DNA from: Methanothermococcus sp. Ax23
GTDB lineage: Archaea; AGJL01; Methanococci; Methanococcales; Methanococcaceae
Length of the DNA: 64,000 nt
Reading direction: 5' to 3'
NCBI RefSeq assembly: GCF_049075655.1
Contig: NZ_CP157522.1
Span: 672,001-736,000, forward strand
Below are positions 24,015 through 34,407 of the stretch, in pieces. Numbering within the stretch: position 1 is the stretch's first letter; the number at the start of each line of letters is the position of its first letter. Below the pieces are notes generated by a model. That model was not told the origin of the DNA. It worked only from the letters and a program-made list of their open reading frames with translations, and ran no database searches. The position numbers were made by a program, and so were the translations under genes.

Positions 24015-26276
24015 CTATTTTTTAGATTTGGATTTTCCAAGGTCTTCTCTTGTAATTATTAGCTCTTCTGCTTTTATTACTACATTTTTCAGTATTATTT
24101 TTACATTTGGTGGAAGCCCTCCAAATCCAGCAGGTAGGCTTATTGTAGGAATGGTTATTTCAGATTCGACTGGTGTATCAACAGGTTTTTCTTCCTTCTC
24201 CATATCTTCAACTGTTGCATTAATTTCTCCAATTTTTTCCATTACAGGATGTTTTTTATCCATCAAGAATTTTGCAAGTTCTTCTGTATTTGAAACATCC
24301 TTTTCTGTTGCTATTTTATCCCTTAATTCTTCTGGAATTGCATCATTAACTTTCTCTTTTAATTCCTCTGGAAGCCAAACGATTTTATCCCATCCTCCAT
24401 CTCCTTTTAAGAATCTTGGAGACCTCATGTATTCAATGGCTATTCCTACAAATCCTTCTACCTGCTTTCCACCACTGCACTGTCCAGCAATTGCAGAGAA
24501 TGGGAGACCATATGGAGTTTCTCCCTTAAAGTGTCTATGGACCACACCAAATCCATCCACATCAGGTATGTAAAATACAATTGCCTCAAAACAACCACAG
24601 GATGTGCATGGTTTTTCCATGGCACTATGGAGCGCAAATTCTTCAATAGCACCGCCTGACCTTTCCTGAGCAACTTTATTAACGCCCTCATATATTCCAA
24701 GTTTTTCATCTAAACATTCCCCTTTTGGAACTTCAAATATTGGTCCCTCAGGGTCCATCTTAGCCGCAGCTCTTGCATCAAAATAGCTTATACTACCACA
24801 AAGTGATGTTCTGTCTGGTGTAATCACACATACGTGGCTTGGTGCAAAGCTCTGACACATTACACATCCGTAAAATGTATCCACATCATCTTCACTTAGT
24901 GCCCGAGCTCTTGCATCTCTTTCCTTATACCTAACCTGTGCCATTTCAATAGCTTCTTTAACCTTTTCAGGTTCGGTAATAATTTTTACATTGCAGTTTT
25001 TAATTATTGGGAAGTGCCCCTTAAATAGAGTTCTTACAACCTCTCCGATGTGTTTCAATCTTAATCCTTTGCTGTAAGAATCTTTATTAATTCTAATCCA
25101 AACTTGGTCTCTCTGGTTTAAGTGCATAACTCCTTCTATGTAGTTTAAAAATTCATGCACTCTTCTTTCTAAAACTCCTTCAATATCTTCTTCAAGCCCT
25201 TCTCCACTTACTTCAACCACTATTGCAAATGGTATTCTGCTACCTGCTTCTATTTCATCAATATCCTTCCCAATGATTTCAACGCCATCCTCTGCATTTT
25301 CATTGACAAGAACAATTTCACAACCGTAGGATTTTGGACCAGCCAATTCTACCTGCATATCTGGTCCTCTAACTCTTTCCCCTTCGTTCATTGGGCCCAC
25401 TGAAACAGGCACATCAAATTCCGCAACTTTAACCTCGATTCCTTTCATCTTCAAAGCATTTTCTACAATATTTTCTATATCTGAGCTCTCCAATGCACCT
25501 TTTATTTCAGGCACAGGATTGTTTGTAATTACTGGAACTCCTGCTTTTATACAGCCCGCACCTGCGGCAAGGGTAATATCATCAACAGGACCCAATGCGA
25601 CTACAACAGCAGGAACTCTGTTTGTAATATATTCAATGATTTCTTCAGTTTTACCTGGCTCAATGCCACCGTATATAAGGGGAGCTCTTATTGCAAGGTT
25701 TGCGGCATGTATTGCAGATGTAATGCCATCACCAACTGGAACAAGGAGTTTATCCAATCCAAATTCTATTCCAGCCTCTTCCATTTCTTTAACAATGTCT
25801 CCAATAAATAACCCCAATATATTTCTTTTTTGAATATCTTCAATTAATTTTTTTAATTTTTCCTCATCACCCACTTTACCGATAACCACAAGTATTGCTG
25901 GAATTTTTCCTTCGACAAGTGGAACCCCCAAATCTCTTAAAACCTCATCTGGAATAAATCCTACATAGGGAGCTCCGTATGGATTTTCATTTTCTGCATA
26001 TTTTAATCCCTCAATAGCCTCAGCACATAATAATGTTTTAACCCCTACATCAAGGGCATTATCCAATGTGAGCTCTTCACTAATTTCAAGAGAATTAATT
26101 AATTCCCTCAACTGTTCAACATTCTCAATTTTTTTACCCAATAAACCATATATTATTGGAAGATTGTAATTTGTTGTGGGATATCCAACTTTTCTGTTTT
26201 CCTTATCAGCTAAAAGTTCTTTGGTTAAATTTAACACTGCCTTTCCGCCAGATATTATATTTTCAACTACCATCAT
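24015..26276 (-). CDS. acsB: long-form acetyl-CoA synthase (AcsB-like N-terminal domain plus CdhC-like catalytic domains)
   Basis: N-terminal P.T.Y.LP, GFIPDEVLRDLGVPLV.G.IP, AGAG..GVPVIT; C-terminal half carries the same A-cluster Cys motifs as cdhC. Confidence 0.9.
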   Translation of the reverse strand: MMVVENIISGGKAVLNLTKELLADKENRKVGYPTTNYNLPIIYGLLGKKIENVEQLRELINSLEISEELTLDNALDVGVKTLLCAEAIEGLKYAENENPYGAPYVGFIPDEVLRDLGVPLVEGKIPAILVVIGKVGDEEKLKKLIEDIQKRNILGLFIGDIVKEMEEAGIEFGLDKLLVPVGDGITSAIHAANLAIRAPLIYGGIEPGKTEEIIEYITNRVPAVVVALGPVDDITLAAGAGCIKAGVPVITNNPVPEIKGALESSDIENIVENALKMKGIEVKVAEFDVPVSVGPMNEGERVRGPDMQVELAGPKSYGCEIVLVNENAEDGVEIIGKDIDEIEAGSRIPFAIVVEVSGEGLEEDIEGVLERRVHEFLNYIEGVMHLNQRDQVWIRINKDSYSKGLRLKHIGEVVRTLFKGHFPIIKNCNVKIITEPEKVKEAIEMAQVRYKERDARARALSEDDVDTFYGCVMCQSFAPSHVCVITPDRTSLCGSISYFDARAAAKMDPEGPIFEVPKGECLDEKLGIYEGVNKVAQERSGGAIEEFALHSAMEKPCTSCGCFEAIVFYIPDVDGFGVVHRHFKGETPYGLPFSAIAGQCSGGKQVEGFVGIAIEYMRSPRFLKGDGGWDKIVWLPEELKEKVNDAIPEELRDKIATEKDVSNTEELAKFLMDKKHPVMEKIGEINATVEDMEKEEKPVDTPVESEITIPTISLPAGFGGLPPNVKIILKNVVIKAEELIITREDLGKSKSKK

Positions 26277-26499
26277 TTCACCAATTTATGCAAATATATG
26301 AAAATTATTTACTGAACAATATAAAATCGAATAGTCATTTAAAAATCCTAAAAAATAATATAAATAATTGTTTAATAAATAAAATAAAATAATAAGAATA
26401 TTTAATAAAAAAATATACTATTATGTTAATATATTAAAAAATAATATACAGGATAAATAATATACAGGAGCTCATATCATAATATTATTAGAAATTAAT

Positions 26500-26955
26500 T
26501 TAAACTTCATCTCTCCATTCTTCTGATATTATTTTTATCAGTTTTTTTCTTCGGGCATCTTTAATCATATCAAGGCACTCATCGCAGATTAATTTTAAAG
26601 CATTATCCTTACATGCCTCTACACATGCAGGGGTGATTCTGTCAGCATCTAAACACAATGTGCATTTATGTGCCACCATTTCCTCAATATATATTGCTCC
26701 AATAGGGCAGGCAATTTCACACATTCCGCATCCTATACATCTTTCTTTATTTACAATAGGGATATTTTCTTTTAAGTATATTGCATTTACTGGGCAAATG
26801 TTCATACAAGGGGCACTTTCACACTGCATGCAGAATATTGGAACATTTCCTGCTTTTTTTACTCTACTAACTCCGTGAATTTCTTTACATTTATTTATAC
26901 AGTCATCACAATTTGTGCATTTTGAAGGGTCAAGAACTACCAGTTTTGGATTCAT
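26500..26955 (-). CDS. 4Fe-4S ferredoxin-type protein of the CODH/ACS cluster (CooF-like)
   Basis: CTNCDDCINKC, CMQCESAPCMNICP, CIGCGMCEIACP, KCTLC...PACVEAC. Confidence 0.88.
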   Translation of the reverse strand: MNPKLVVLDPSKCTNCDDCINKCKEIHGVSRVKKAGNVPIFCMQCESAPCMNICPVNAIYLKENIPIVNKERCIGCGMCEIACPIGAIYIEEMVAHKCTLCLDADRITPACVEACKDNALKLICDECLDMIKDARRKKLIKIISEEWRDEV

Positions 26956-26963
26956 AATCTCAC

Positions 26964-27398
26964 CTAAGGGGTATTAACAAGCATAACCAATCTTTTAAGT
27001 GCTTCAATATGTTCGTTTGTTTCCATATTTGGAAAGGAATAGTGGGCATTTGGATGGTAATATCTATCCAATGTTAAAGTTGTGCATTTTGAAAAATGCT
27101 TTAAGTGAGTGATTGCCTGAGCAAGGTAGTAATAGGTAATATCTGAAAATATGACTAAATCATGACCCTCATCAATTACCTTTTTTATAGCAGATAATAA
27201 ATTCATATCCCTTGGAGTGTATATTTTTTTTATATTTAGGTTCATTAAATATTCATTACACTCCTTCTTTGGCCCCAATATTATTATTGGGTTTTTGCTC
27301 CTTTTAATCATGCTCACAGCTATTTTTGTGCTCACAATCTCAGCATGATTTAAATTTGTTCCAGCAGTTGGTTGATATGGTGTGGTTTTTCCAATCAT
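26964..27398 (-). CDS. cdhB: ACDS complex epsilon subunit
   Basis: MIKRSKNP, YYYLAQ...LKHF, TLDRYYHPNA..SFPN; directly downstream of cdhA. Confidence 0.9.
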   Translation of the reverse strand: MIGKTTPYQPTAGTNLNHAEIVSTKIAVSMIKRSKNPIIILGPKKECNEYLMNLNIKKIYTPRDMNLLSAIKKVIDEGHDLVIFSDITYYYLAQAITHLKHFSKCTTLTLDRYYHPNAHYSFPNMETNEHIEALKRLVMLVNTP

Positions 27399-27432
27399 AG
27401 TTTCACCAAAAAATTATAATTAATATTGATAT

Positions 27433-29757
27433 TTAGTAAATCAATGTCGGTTCTTTTGGTATTTTTTCTCTCGGTTTCCAGTTCTTTTCTTTCAAATATT
27501 CCATTACTTTATCCTTTATCATAAATGGAATATCAGACTCTGTTCTAACGAATTTTTCTAAATCAGGGGGCATGCAACCAAAGTATTTTTCATAAACACT
27601 CACATAGTGGTATATTTTCATACTTCTTCCTTTTGAACCATCTGATGCCCTCATACACAATTTTGGAATCATGCATATACATTCTTCCATACTTTCAGCA
27701 GGTGTGATTAAGTTCTCAGGCACCGGTTCTACTGGTATTACTTCCTTGGTTCTCTTATCATATACTTCAAAATCATTTCCATCGCTTAAATACATTCTTC
27801 TGTATTTTGTTGAATGTGGTCCAACTATTACAGGAATTCCCCATCTATTTACACCAGTTGCAATTGCCGCAGCCTTTTGGCTCATAGCACCCCATGCTAT
27901 ACCAACGGCTCCGACCTTATTCAATATATAATCTGCAACCTCAGCATAGTTCCCTCTCAATGGAAGTTTAGCGAATATATTGGCTACTTTTATGGCAGCT
28001 CCTGTAATGTGGCAATTACTTAAACAGCTTCCACAATTTACAAGACCGCCTGCTTTGAATTCCCCAGGATATTTGTCATATAATGTTTTTCCGTCTTTAT
28101 CTTTCCACATTCCTAACGCCATTGCCGCACATCCTGTTGCCACAACGATATATTTTCTCTCCAAAAATTCCTTTGCAATCATTGCAACCTCTTCTTCACC
28201 ATTTGGATGGTTAGAACATCCTACCAGTGCAACAATTCCAGGAATGTCTCCAAACACAATCGGAGCTCCTACATTTCTTATTTCAACATCTTGTATAGGA
28301 CCTCTACCTGCTCTCATTTTAAAGTTTAAATCTTTGAAGAAGTAATCCCCAACTTTTGTTGTCATGGATACTATTGGAAGCTTTCTTTCACATTCGCATT
28401 CACACCTTCCACAGCCATAACATTTTTCATACAACTCTATGAATTTATCGAAGTTTCCTTCCTTTGCCCCTATCATTGCATTCATTACCTCAAATGAGTT
28501 TGGACATACTCTATCGCACCATCCACATTCTGTACATTGGTTTGCAAGAGCTCTTACCTCATCCAAGGTAGGTAGGCATTTTTCTTTTATATCTTTTCTT
28601 TCTTTTGAAATGATTTTTGCCAGTTCAACAGCTACCTTTCCAACTTTATGTTCGTCAAGTATTAATCCAGCTCTATCTCTTAATATTCTACTTATTATCT
28701 CATCTTCATCTAAATGGGATAAATCTTCCAATCCTAAGCACATTTTTTCATTTGTGGCTATTAGAACAGCACCAGTATTTACAGCCTCTTCAAGAATATC
28801 CGTTCTTATGCACTGCTCATCCACCACTACAACATCTGCAACTCCACTTCTAATAAACATCAACTGTCTTGAAAGAGGTCCTATGACCTTTGCCCTGTCG
28901 TTGTATCTACTGACATCTATTGCGGTGCAGCATATCCCGCATACATCTATTTCGTTTTCTAAATTATTATCTTCAATATAATCCATTATTTCAGCACCGG
29001 GAACAACATTATGTCCGATACATAAAATTACAGATTTGCTTTTATCAACACATTTAAGCCCCATCTCAATTAATGGTGCATCTATGTCCCCTTTTGGCAT
29101 GTTGAATCCAACAATCTGGGCAATGTCTCCAATTTCTCTTGCCAAATCATCTATCATTCCAGCGTGCATGGCTTTACTTTCGAAATCTAAATAGCTCCCC
29201 TCTTGACCTGTGTGTGTAGCTGAAAGTAAATGTGTAATCTGCTCTTCACAGTAATCCAATACCTTTTCCAAATCTCCGAGAGTTTTTGGTTTTATCCCCA
29301 TTACCGTTCTTGTAATTGGTGCCTCTACATCTATACTGTTCCCCAGGTCTATTGGATAATCTTTTCCGAATCTTTCTATCAATGTATGCACAACATGCCT
29401 ACTATGTCCAGCATGGCATGCAGCCCCTATGCAGCATGCTATTAATACAATTCTTGCCTGCTGTGCTTTTATATTGAGACCACAAGCTCCCTTTTTCCCC
29501 CTGCTTAAATCACACTTTCCAAAGGTACATAGACAGCACATATCGCAGATTGGCATGTAAAATGGAGGATATCTTTTTAAAAGTTTGAAATCCCATTTTC
29601 TCAAATCAGGCACTTTTGGTTTAGGGGTGGGCCCCATAGGCTCCCACTCTTCGTCGGTCTCTTTATAATCCCCTATTTTTATACTGCCGGTTATTTTTAA
29701 GTTTTTGGATTTAAGCACTGGCGATACTATTTTTTTTATATCTCCTTCAATTTTCAT
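27433..29757 (-). CDS. cdhA: CO dehydrogenase / ACDS alpha subunit
   Basis: [36 protein letters not shown], two internal ferredoxin motifs, GSCLSNCH. Confidence 0.97.
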   Translation of the reverse strand: MKIEGDIKKIVSPVLKSKNLKITGSIKIGDYKETDEEWEPMGPTPKPKVPDLRKWDFKLLKRYPPFYMPICDMCCLCTFGKCDLSRGKKGACGLNIKAQQARIVLIACCIGAACHAGHSRHVVHTLIERFGKDYPIDLGNSIDVEAPITRTVMGIKPKTLGDLEKVLDYCEEQITHLLSATHTGQEGSYLDFESKAMHAGMIDDLAREIGDIAQIVGFNMPKGDIDAPLIEMGLKCVDKSKSVILCIGHNVVPGAEIMDYIEDNNLENEIDVCGICCTAIDVSRYNDRAKVIGPLSRQLMFIRSGVADVVVVDEQCIRTDILEEAVNTGAVLIATNEKMCLGLEDLSHLDEDEIISRILRDRAGLILDEHKVGKVAVELAKIISKERKDIKEKCLPTLDEVRALANQCTECGWCDRVCPNSFEVMNAMIGAKEGNFDKFIELYEKCYGCGRCECECERKLPIVSMTTKVGDYFFKDLNFKMRAGRGPIQDVEIRNVGAPIVFGDIPGIVALVGCSNHPNGEEEVAMIAKEFLERKYIVVATGCAAMALGMWKDKDGKTLYDKYPGEFKAGGLVNCGSCLSNCHITGAAIKVANIFAKLPLRGNYAEVADYILNKVGAVGIAWGAMSQKAAAIATGVNRWGIPVIVGPHSTKYRRMYLSDGNDFEVYDKRTKEVIPVEPVPENLITPAESMEECICMIPKLCMRASDGSKGRSMKIYHYVSVYEKYFGCMPPDLEKFVRTESDIPFMIKDKVMEYLKEKNWKPREKIPKEPTLIY

Positions 29758-29805
29758 GATTCCACCAAAATAAGAATTATATCAATATTACAATGGATAC
29801 TAGTT

Positions 29806-29887
29806 AATTATCATTATTAATCATTATAATTTACACATAAATAAGATATATATACCTTTTTATTATTTTATAAAAAAATAGTATTAC
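29806..29887 (-). promoter_or_regulatory. cdhA promoter: GTAATAC box, TATA and 28-bp block shared with the cdhC promoter
   Basis: AATTATCATTATTAATCATTATAATTTA (29806-29833), AGATATATATACCTT (29844-29858) and GTATTAC (29881-29887) are identical to the elements at 23830-23915. Confidence 0.7.
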
Positions 29888-30190
29888 TAAAAATTATATA
29901 ATCGTCAGGCTGTAAAATTACTTAAAAGATGATTAAACGTTTTTTATGCCATATCTGCCATTAATATTTAATCTTCGTGGTTTTTATTGGAATTATGGGC
30001 CTATCTTGCAAATTTTATTTCGGTAAATGACGATATTAGTTGTATTTATATAATACATAGCAATAAATAAATGAAAAAACTAAATAACATTGATTATAAA
30101 GATGTGGTAAGAATAAAAATAATAATAAAAACAATAAAAAACAATATATATTTAAAAACAATAAACTATAACAAATTTTGAGGTGAAAAA

Positions 30191-31183
30191 ATGAAAGTAT
30201 ATTATGACGAAGATACAAATTTTGATGCTGTAAAGGATAAAACAATAGCAGTAATAGGATATGGTAGCCAAGGTAGAGCTCAGTCATTGAACATGAAGGA
30301 CAGCGGTTTAAATGTGATAGTAGGTTTAAGACCAAACGGAGCTTCATGGGAAAAGGCAAAAGCAGATGGACACACAGTAATGACAGTAGAAGAAGCCGCA
30401 GAAAAGGCAGACATAATACACATACTCATACCTGATGAAGTTCAGGCAGAAGTTTATGAAAAACAGATAAAACCATACTTAAAAGAAGGAAAAACATTAG
30501 GATTTTCACACGGATACAACATACACTACGGATACATTGTTCCACCAAAAGGAGTAAATGTAATTATGGTTGCTCCAAAATCCCCAGGTGCTATGGTTAG
30601 AAAAACATACGAAGAAGGTTTCGGTGTTCCAGGTTTAGTATGTGTTGAAAAGGACGAAACAGGAGATGCATTAGATATAGCTCTTGGAATGGCCAAGGCA
30701 GAAGGTTTAACAAGAGCAGGAGTAATTAAAACAACATTCAGAGAAGAAACAGAAACAGACCTATTTGGAGAACAGGCTGTATTGTGTGGTGGAGTAACAG
30801 AGCTCATAAAGGCAGGATTCGACACACTTGTTGAAGCAGGATACTCACCAGAGATGGCATACTTTGAAACATGCAACGAGTTAAAATTAATCGTTGATTT
30901 GATATACCAAAAAGGACTTGCTGGAATGTGGCATGATGTTTCAAACACCGCAGAATACGGTGGATTAAGCAGAAGAGAAAGAATAATAAACGAAGAATCA
31001 AGAAAAGCAATGAGAGAAATCTTAAAAGAAATACAGGATGGAAGATTTGCAAGAGAGTGGGCATTGGAAAACATAAGTGGTAGAGCTCACTTAAATGCTA
31101 TGAGAAGATTGGAAAGCGAGCATTTACTTGAAACAACAGGTAAAAAATTGAGAAAAATGTGTGGATTGGAAAAAGACGAATAA
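30191..31183 (+). CDS. ilvC: ketol-acid reductoisomerase
   Basis: [45 protein letters not shown]. Confidence 0.98.
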   Translation: MKVYYDEDTNFDAVKDKTIAVIGYGSQGRAQSLNMKDSGLNVIVGLRPNGASWEKAKADGHTVMTVEEAAEKADIIHILIPDEVQAEVYEKQIKPYLKEGKTLGFSHGYNIHYGYIVPPKGVNVIMVAPKSPGAMVRKTYEEGFGVPGLVCVEKDETGDALDIALGMAKAEGLTRAGVIKTTFREETETDLFGEQAVLCGGVTELIKAGFDTLVEAGYSPEMAYFETCNELKLIVDLIYQKGLAGMWHDVSNTAEYGGLSRRERIINEESRKAMREILKEIQDGRFAREWALENISGRAHLNAMRRLESEHLLETTGKKLRKMCGLEKDE

Positions 31184-31273
31184 GACGAATAAATTCGATT
31201 AATAATATATATTCCAAATATATTTATTTTTTAATTATTAATTTTTAAACTTTAAATTTTAACTTTTAGTGGT

Positions 31274-32104
31274 ATGATGGACTTAATCATTATCCTTTCA
31301 CTGGTTATTTTGGGAATGTTCATTGGATTTATATCCGGTTTATTGGGAATAGGCGGCGGTTTTATACTTGTGCCAATATTAATCTATTTATTTGACTTCA
31401 TGGGGGTTTCTGATGATATATCTGTAAAAATGGCAGTAGGAACAAGTTTGTTTGTAATTTTTTTAACTTCAATTGCAGGAGCTCATAAACATAGTTTAAA
31501 CAAAAATGTAATTTGGAAATACTCATTAATCCTTGGATTATTTGGTATATTAGGTTCAATTGTTGGTGTTAAGGTAGTTGTAGATTATTTAAGTGGAAAT
31601 TTACATAAAGTATTATTTGGCATATTTTTAATTCTTATTTCATTAAATATAATATACAGCAATTTTAAAGATAAGAATAATTTAGATATGATTAACAATA
31701 TAATCAATACATGCCATAACATTAATTATAAGAATGTTGGTATTATGGGTTTTTTAACTGGTTTTTTATCATCTATTTTTGGAATAGGCGGCGGAATAAT
31801 AGTTGTTCCCTTTTTAAATATTTTTTTAAAGTTTCCGATAAAATCAGCAATTGGAACATCCCTTGGCATGATGACCATTATTTCACTTACGGGGTTGTTG
31901 GGATATATGATTAATCCCTATCCATTTGATTATAATTTATATAATATTGGGTATGTTTCTTTATTTGCTGGATTGATTGTAGCTCCTATTGCCATGATAT
32001 TCTCTAAATATGGAGCAAAAATCGCCTATAAAACAAAATCGGAAATTTTAAGAAACATACTGTCAATTATATTGATGATTGTAGGTATTAAGATGGTAAT
32101 TTAA
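31274..32104 (+). CDS. TSUP / TauE-SafE family sulfur-compound transporter
   Basis: Two GIGGG..VP repeats, AVGTSL/AIGTSL, about 8 TM helices. Confidence 0.9.
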   Translation: MMDLIIILSLVILGMFIGFISGLLGIGGGFILVPILIYLFDFMGVSDDISVKMAVGTSLFVIFLTSIAGAHKHSLNKNVIWKYSLILGLFGILGSIVGVKVVVDYLSGNLHKVLFGIFLILISLNIIYSNFKDKNNLDMINNIINTCHNINYKNVGIMGFLTGFLSSIFGIGGGIIVVPFLNIFLKFPIKSAIGTSLGMMTIISLTGLLGYMINPYPFDYNLYNIGYVSLFAGLIVAPIAMIFSKYGAKIAYKTKSEILRNILSIILMIVGIKMVI

Positions 32105-32149
32105 GATAAAATTACTGAATAACAAATAACAAATAATGATGGTGAGCTC

Positions 32150-33658
32150 ATGAAAACAATACTTGGAAAAATCCATTTAAAATGGTGTAAAAACTGCAAT
32201 GTCCCAGTTCTTGATAAAAAATGCGGAATCTGTGGATATGATACATTTGATGTAAAATTAACGCCACCAGCTGATGCGAGACCAGCATTTAAAGAAGATA
32301 TTGTTATGATTAATAATATATTAAAAAATCAATTTGGAGTAAATGACAATATTTTTAAAAATAAAATAATTCTCATAAATAAAATTCCCGGAAAGGACTA
32401 CATGAAGGAAATAATACTTGATGGAGTTGTTTTTGGGATTTTGAAGTATGATGAAGAAAAAAACAGCTGGTCAATTATACCTACTGTTGAAGGAGCTCGG
32501 AGGATAATAAACATAGGAGGTAATAAAAAAATAATTGTTATAAAAAAGGATGTGGTTCCATTTATTCTAAAAAAACATGCATCAGTTCTAAGACCGGGAG
32601 TTATATACGCATCAGAGGATATAGAAAAAAATGACGATGTAATTATTTTAGTTGAGAATGAAAATGAAGAAAAAGATGAAAATTATGAAAAATATAAACA
32701 TGAAAAAAATACCAATCTCAAAGACATAAATGTTTTAGGCGTTGGAAGGGCGAGAATGGACTACAACGAAATAGTTAATTCAGAAAAAGGTATGGTGGCA
32801 AAGGTCAGGCATGCCGAAACACCGAAAGAGGCAAACTATTTAAAAGAAACTGGGAATTTTGAAGAATCAATTAAAAAAATGATTGAAGCAAATGAAAATG
32901 CAATAAGTAAATTTGAAAGCAATTCAGTAGGATTTATGAGAAATACAATAAAAGAAAGGACAAACAAACCGCCAGTTGTTGCATATTCGGGAGGTAAAGA
33001 TAGTCTTGTGGTGCTTTTACTTGCATTGAAGGCATTTGAAAATGAAGATATTGATTTTGATGTCTTATTTACAGATACAAATTTGGAGCTCCCAGAAACT
33101 TTAAAAAATATATCCGATGTTGAGGAAAGATACAATATAAATATAATTAAAGCAGAATCAACTGATTTTTGGGAAAAACTTGAAGAATACGGACCCCCTG
33201 GAAGGGATTACAGATGGTGCAGTGAAGTATGTAAAATGAAGCCCCTTGAAAAAATAATAAACGATAGATACCCTAATGGCTGTTTAACATTTGTAGGTTT
33301 AAGGAAATACGAGTCCATGAACCGTTCAAAAAAGCCAAGAATTTGGAAAAGTCCCCATATTGAAAAACAAATGCTTTCCGCCCCAATATTAAACTGGTCT
33401 GCCATGCATGTTTGGATTTACCTATTTAAAAACAATGCACCATATAATAAATTATATGAAAAATGTTTTGATAGAGTTGGATGCTATATGTGTCCTGCCA
33501 TGGAGCTCGGAGAAATTGAATTAATTAAAAAATTATATCCTGAGCTCTGGAAAAGATGGGAAGATTTCTTAATAGATTATGCAAAAAGAAATAATTTAGA
33601 TGATGAATGGGTGAGAAGCGGTTGGAGATGGAAATACGGAAAGAAGGATAAAGGTTAA
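32150..33658 (+). CDS. PAPS-reductase-family protein with Zn-ribbon and PUA domain
   Basis: N-terminal WCKNC...CGIC, PUA (LRPGV...GVG.A), PP-loop SGGKDS, RWCSEVCK, ES..R, RVGCYMCP. Confidence 0.88.
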   Translation: MKTILGKIHLKWCKNCNVPVLDKKCGICGYDTFDVKLTPPADARPAFKEDIVMINNILKNQFGVNDNIFKNKIILINKIPGKDYMKEIILDGVVFGILKYDEEKNSWSIIPTVEGARRIINIGGNKKIIVIKKDVVPFILKKHASVLRPGVIYASEDIEKNDDVIILVENENEEKDENYEKYKHEKNTNLKDINVLGVGRARMDYNEIVNSEKGMVAKVRHAETPKEANYLKETGNFEESIKKMIEANENAISKFESNSVGFMRNTIKERTNKPPVVAYSGGKDSLVVLLLALKAFENEDIDFDVLFTDTNLELPETLKNISDVEERYNINIIKAESTDFWEKLEEYGPPGRDYRWCSEVCKMKPLEKIINDRYPNGCLTFVGLRKYESMNRSKKPRIWKSPHIEKQMLSAPILNWSAMHVWIYLFKNNAPYNKLYEKCFDRVGCYMCPAMELGEIELIKKLYPELWKRWEDFLIDYAKRNNLDDEWVRSGWRWKYGKKDKG

Positions 33659-33753
33659 AATTAAATTATAATTAAATTTAATTAAAAACCTATAAATATC
33701 ATCTGAAAAAGATATAAACAAAATAATAAATAGCAGTCAAAGGAGTTGATAAA

Positions 33754-34035
33754 ATGCCAAAAATGGTTCTACTTCCAAAACTTACAATGGCTCTTGGAGG
33801 ATATATAAGGGAAACTGTCCAGCCTTATGGTGAGGATGAGGCAAAACCATTTCCTTATAGAAATGTAATTGTTGGTAATCCAACGGATGAACCTATAAAG
33901 ATAGATGTGCCTGCCTATGATGATGAATGGGTGGAGAGACATAAGAATCTTGGTTTAATCGTTGTTCCAGTGAGTGTTGAAGATGATTTTGTGGGAATGT
34001 ATAAAATGGTTCAGGAGAGAGTAAAAAGGGCTTAA
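33754..34035 (+). CDS. ehbP: energy-converting hydrogenase B subunit EhbP
   Basis: MPKMVLLPKLTMALGGYIRE...FPYRNVIVGNPTDEPIKIDVP signature. Confidence 0.85.
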   Translation: MPKMVLLPKLTMALGGYIRETVQPYGEDEAKPFPYRNVIVGNPTDEPIKIDVPAYDDEWVERHKNLGLIVVPVSVEDDFVGMYKMVQERVKRA

Positions 34036-34211
34036 TTAATGTGAAGTACCCCACCCTTACGGATGGGGCTTCCTGCTTCACTGAACGAGCTTGCCATCAT
34101 CGGTAGTTATTAACTACCTAGGTAGGGGCTCACTTCTCCACAGGCTCACCCCCGCCTCCCGCAGGTGCATGAAAATAGTATAGAATGGACTTGGTTTTCG
34201 CCCATTGACAT
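34021..34211 (-). ncRNA. putative TnpB omega-RNA (reRNA) scaffold plus flanking guide
   Basis: BRE/TATA CGAAAAATATAAATA (34232-34246) lies upstream of GCCTGTGGAG...GTGAAGCAGGAAGCCCC...TTCAC, which is typical of tnpB 3'/right-end RNA. Confidence 0.55.
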
Positions 34212-34345
34212 ATTATACTATTATAACATAGTATTTATATTTTTCGTCGGGTTTCCGAGCAATAGCGAAGGAAAGTAATGAAATGCGAAGCATTTCATCT
34301 GATTTCATCCCCTCCCTCACGGGAGGGGTCTTCCCGCCGACATTA
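34041..34345 (-). mobile_element. non-autonomous IS200/IS605-family miniature element (both ends, no tnpA/tnpB)
   Basis: Minus strand: left-end-like GGGAAGACCCCTCCC-GTGA-GGGAGGGGATG and right-end-like GAAGCCCCATCC-GTAA-GGGTGGGGTACTTCAC. It is a GC-rich island in an AT-rich spacer. The left boundary is uncertain by ~15 bp. Confidence 0.8.
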
Positions 34346-34407
34346 GATATATTATAAATTAATGTAATATGTATATATAACAACTTATAGGTTTTATGGT
34401 GGATTTT

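Noticed and set aside
26439-31192. Short tandem duplications AAATAATATACAGGA x2 (~26439-26469) and AAGACGAAT x2 at the ilvC stop
   Set aside because: Two-copy slippage-type duplications with no evidence of function.
33893-34081. 62-aa minus-strand ORF starting MKQEAPSVRVGYFT
   Set aside because: It is a reading of the IS right end running antisense into ehbP, not an independent gene.
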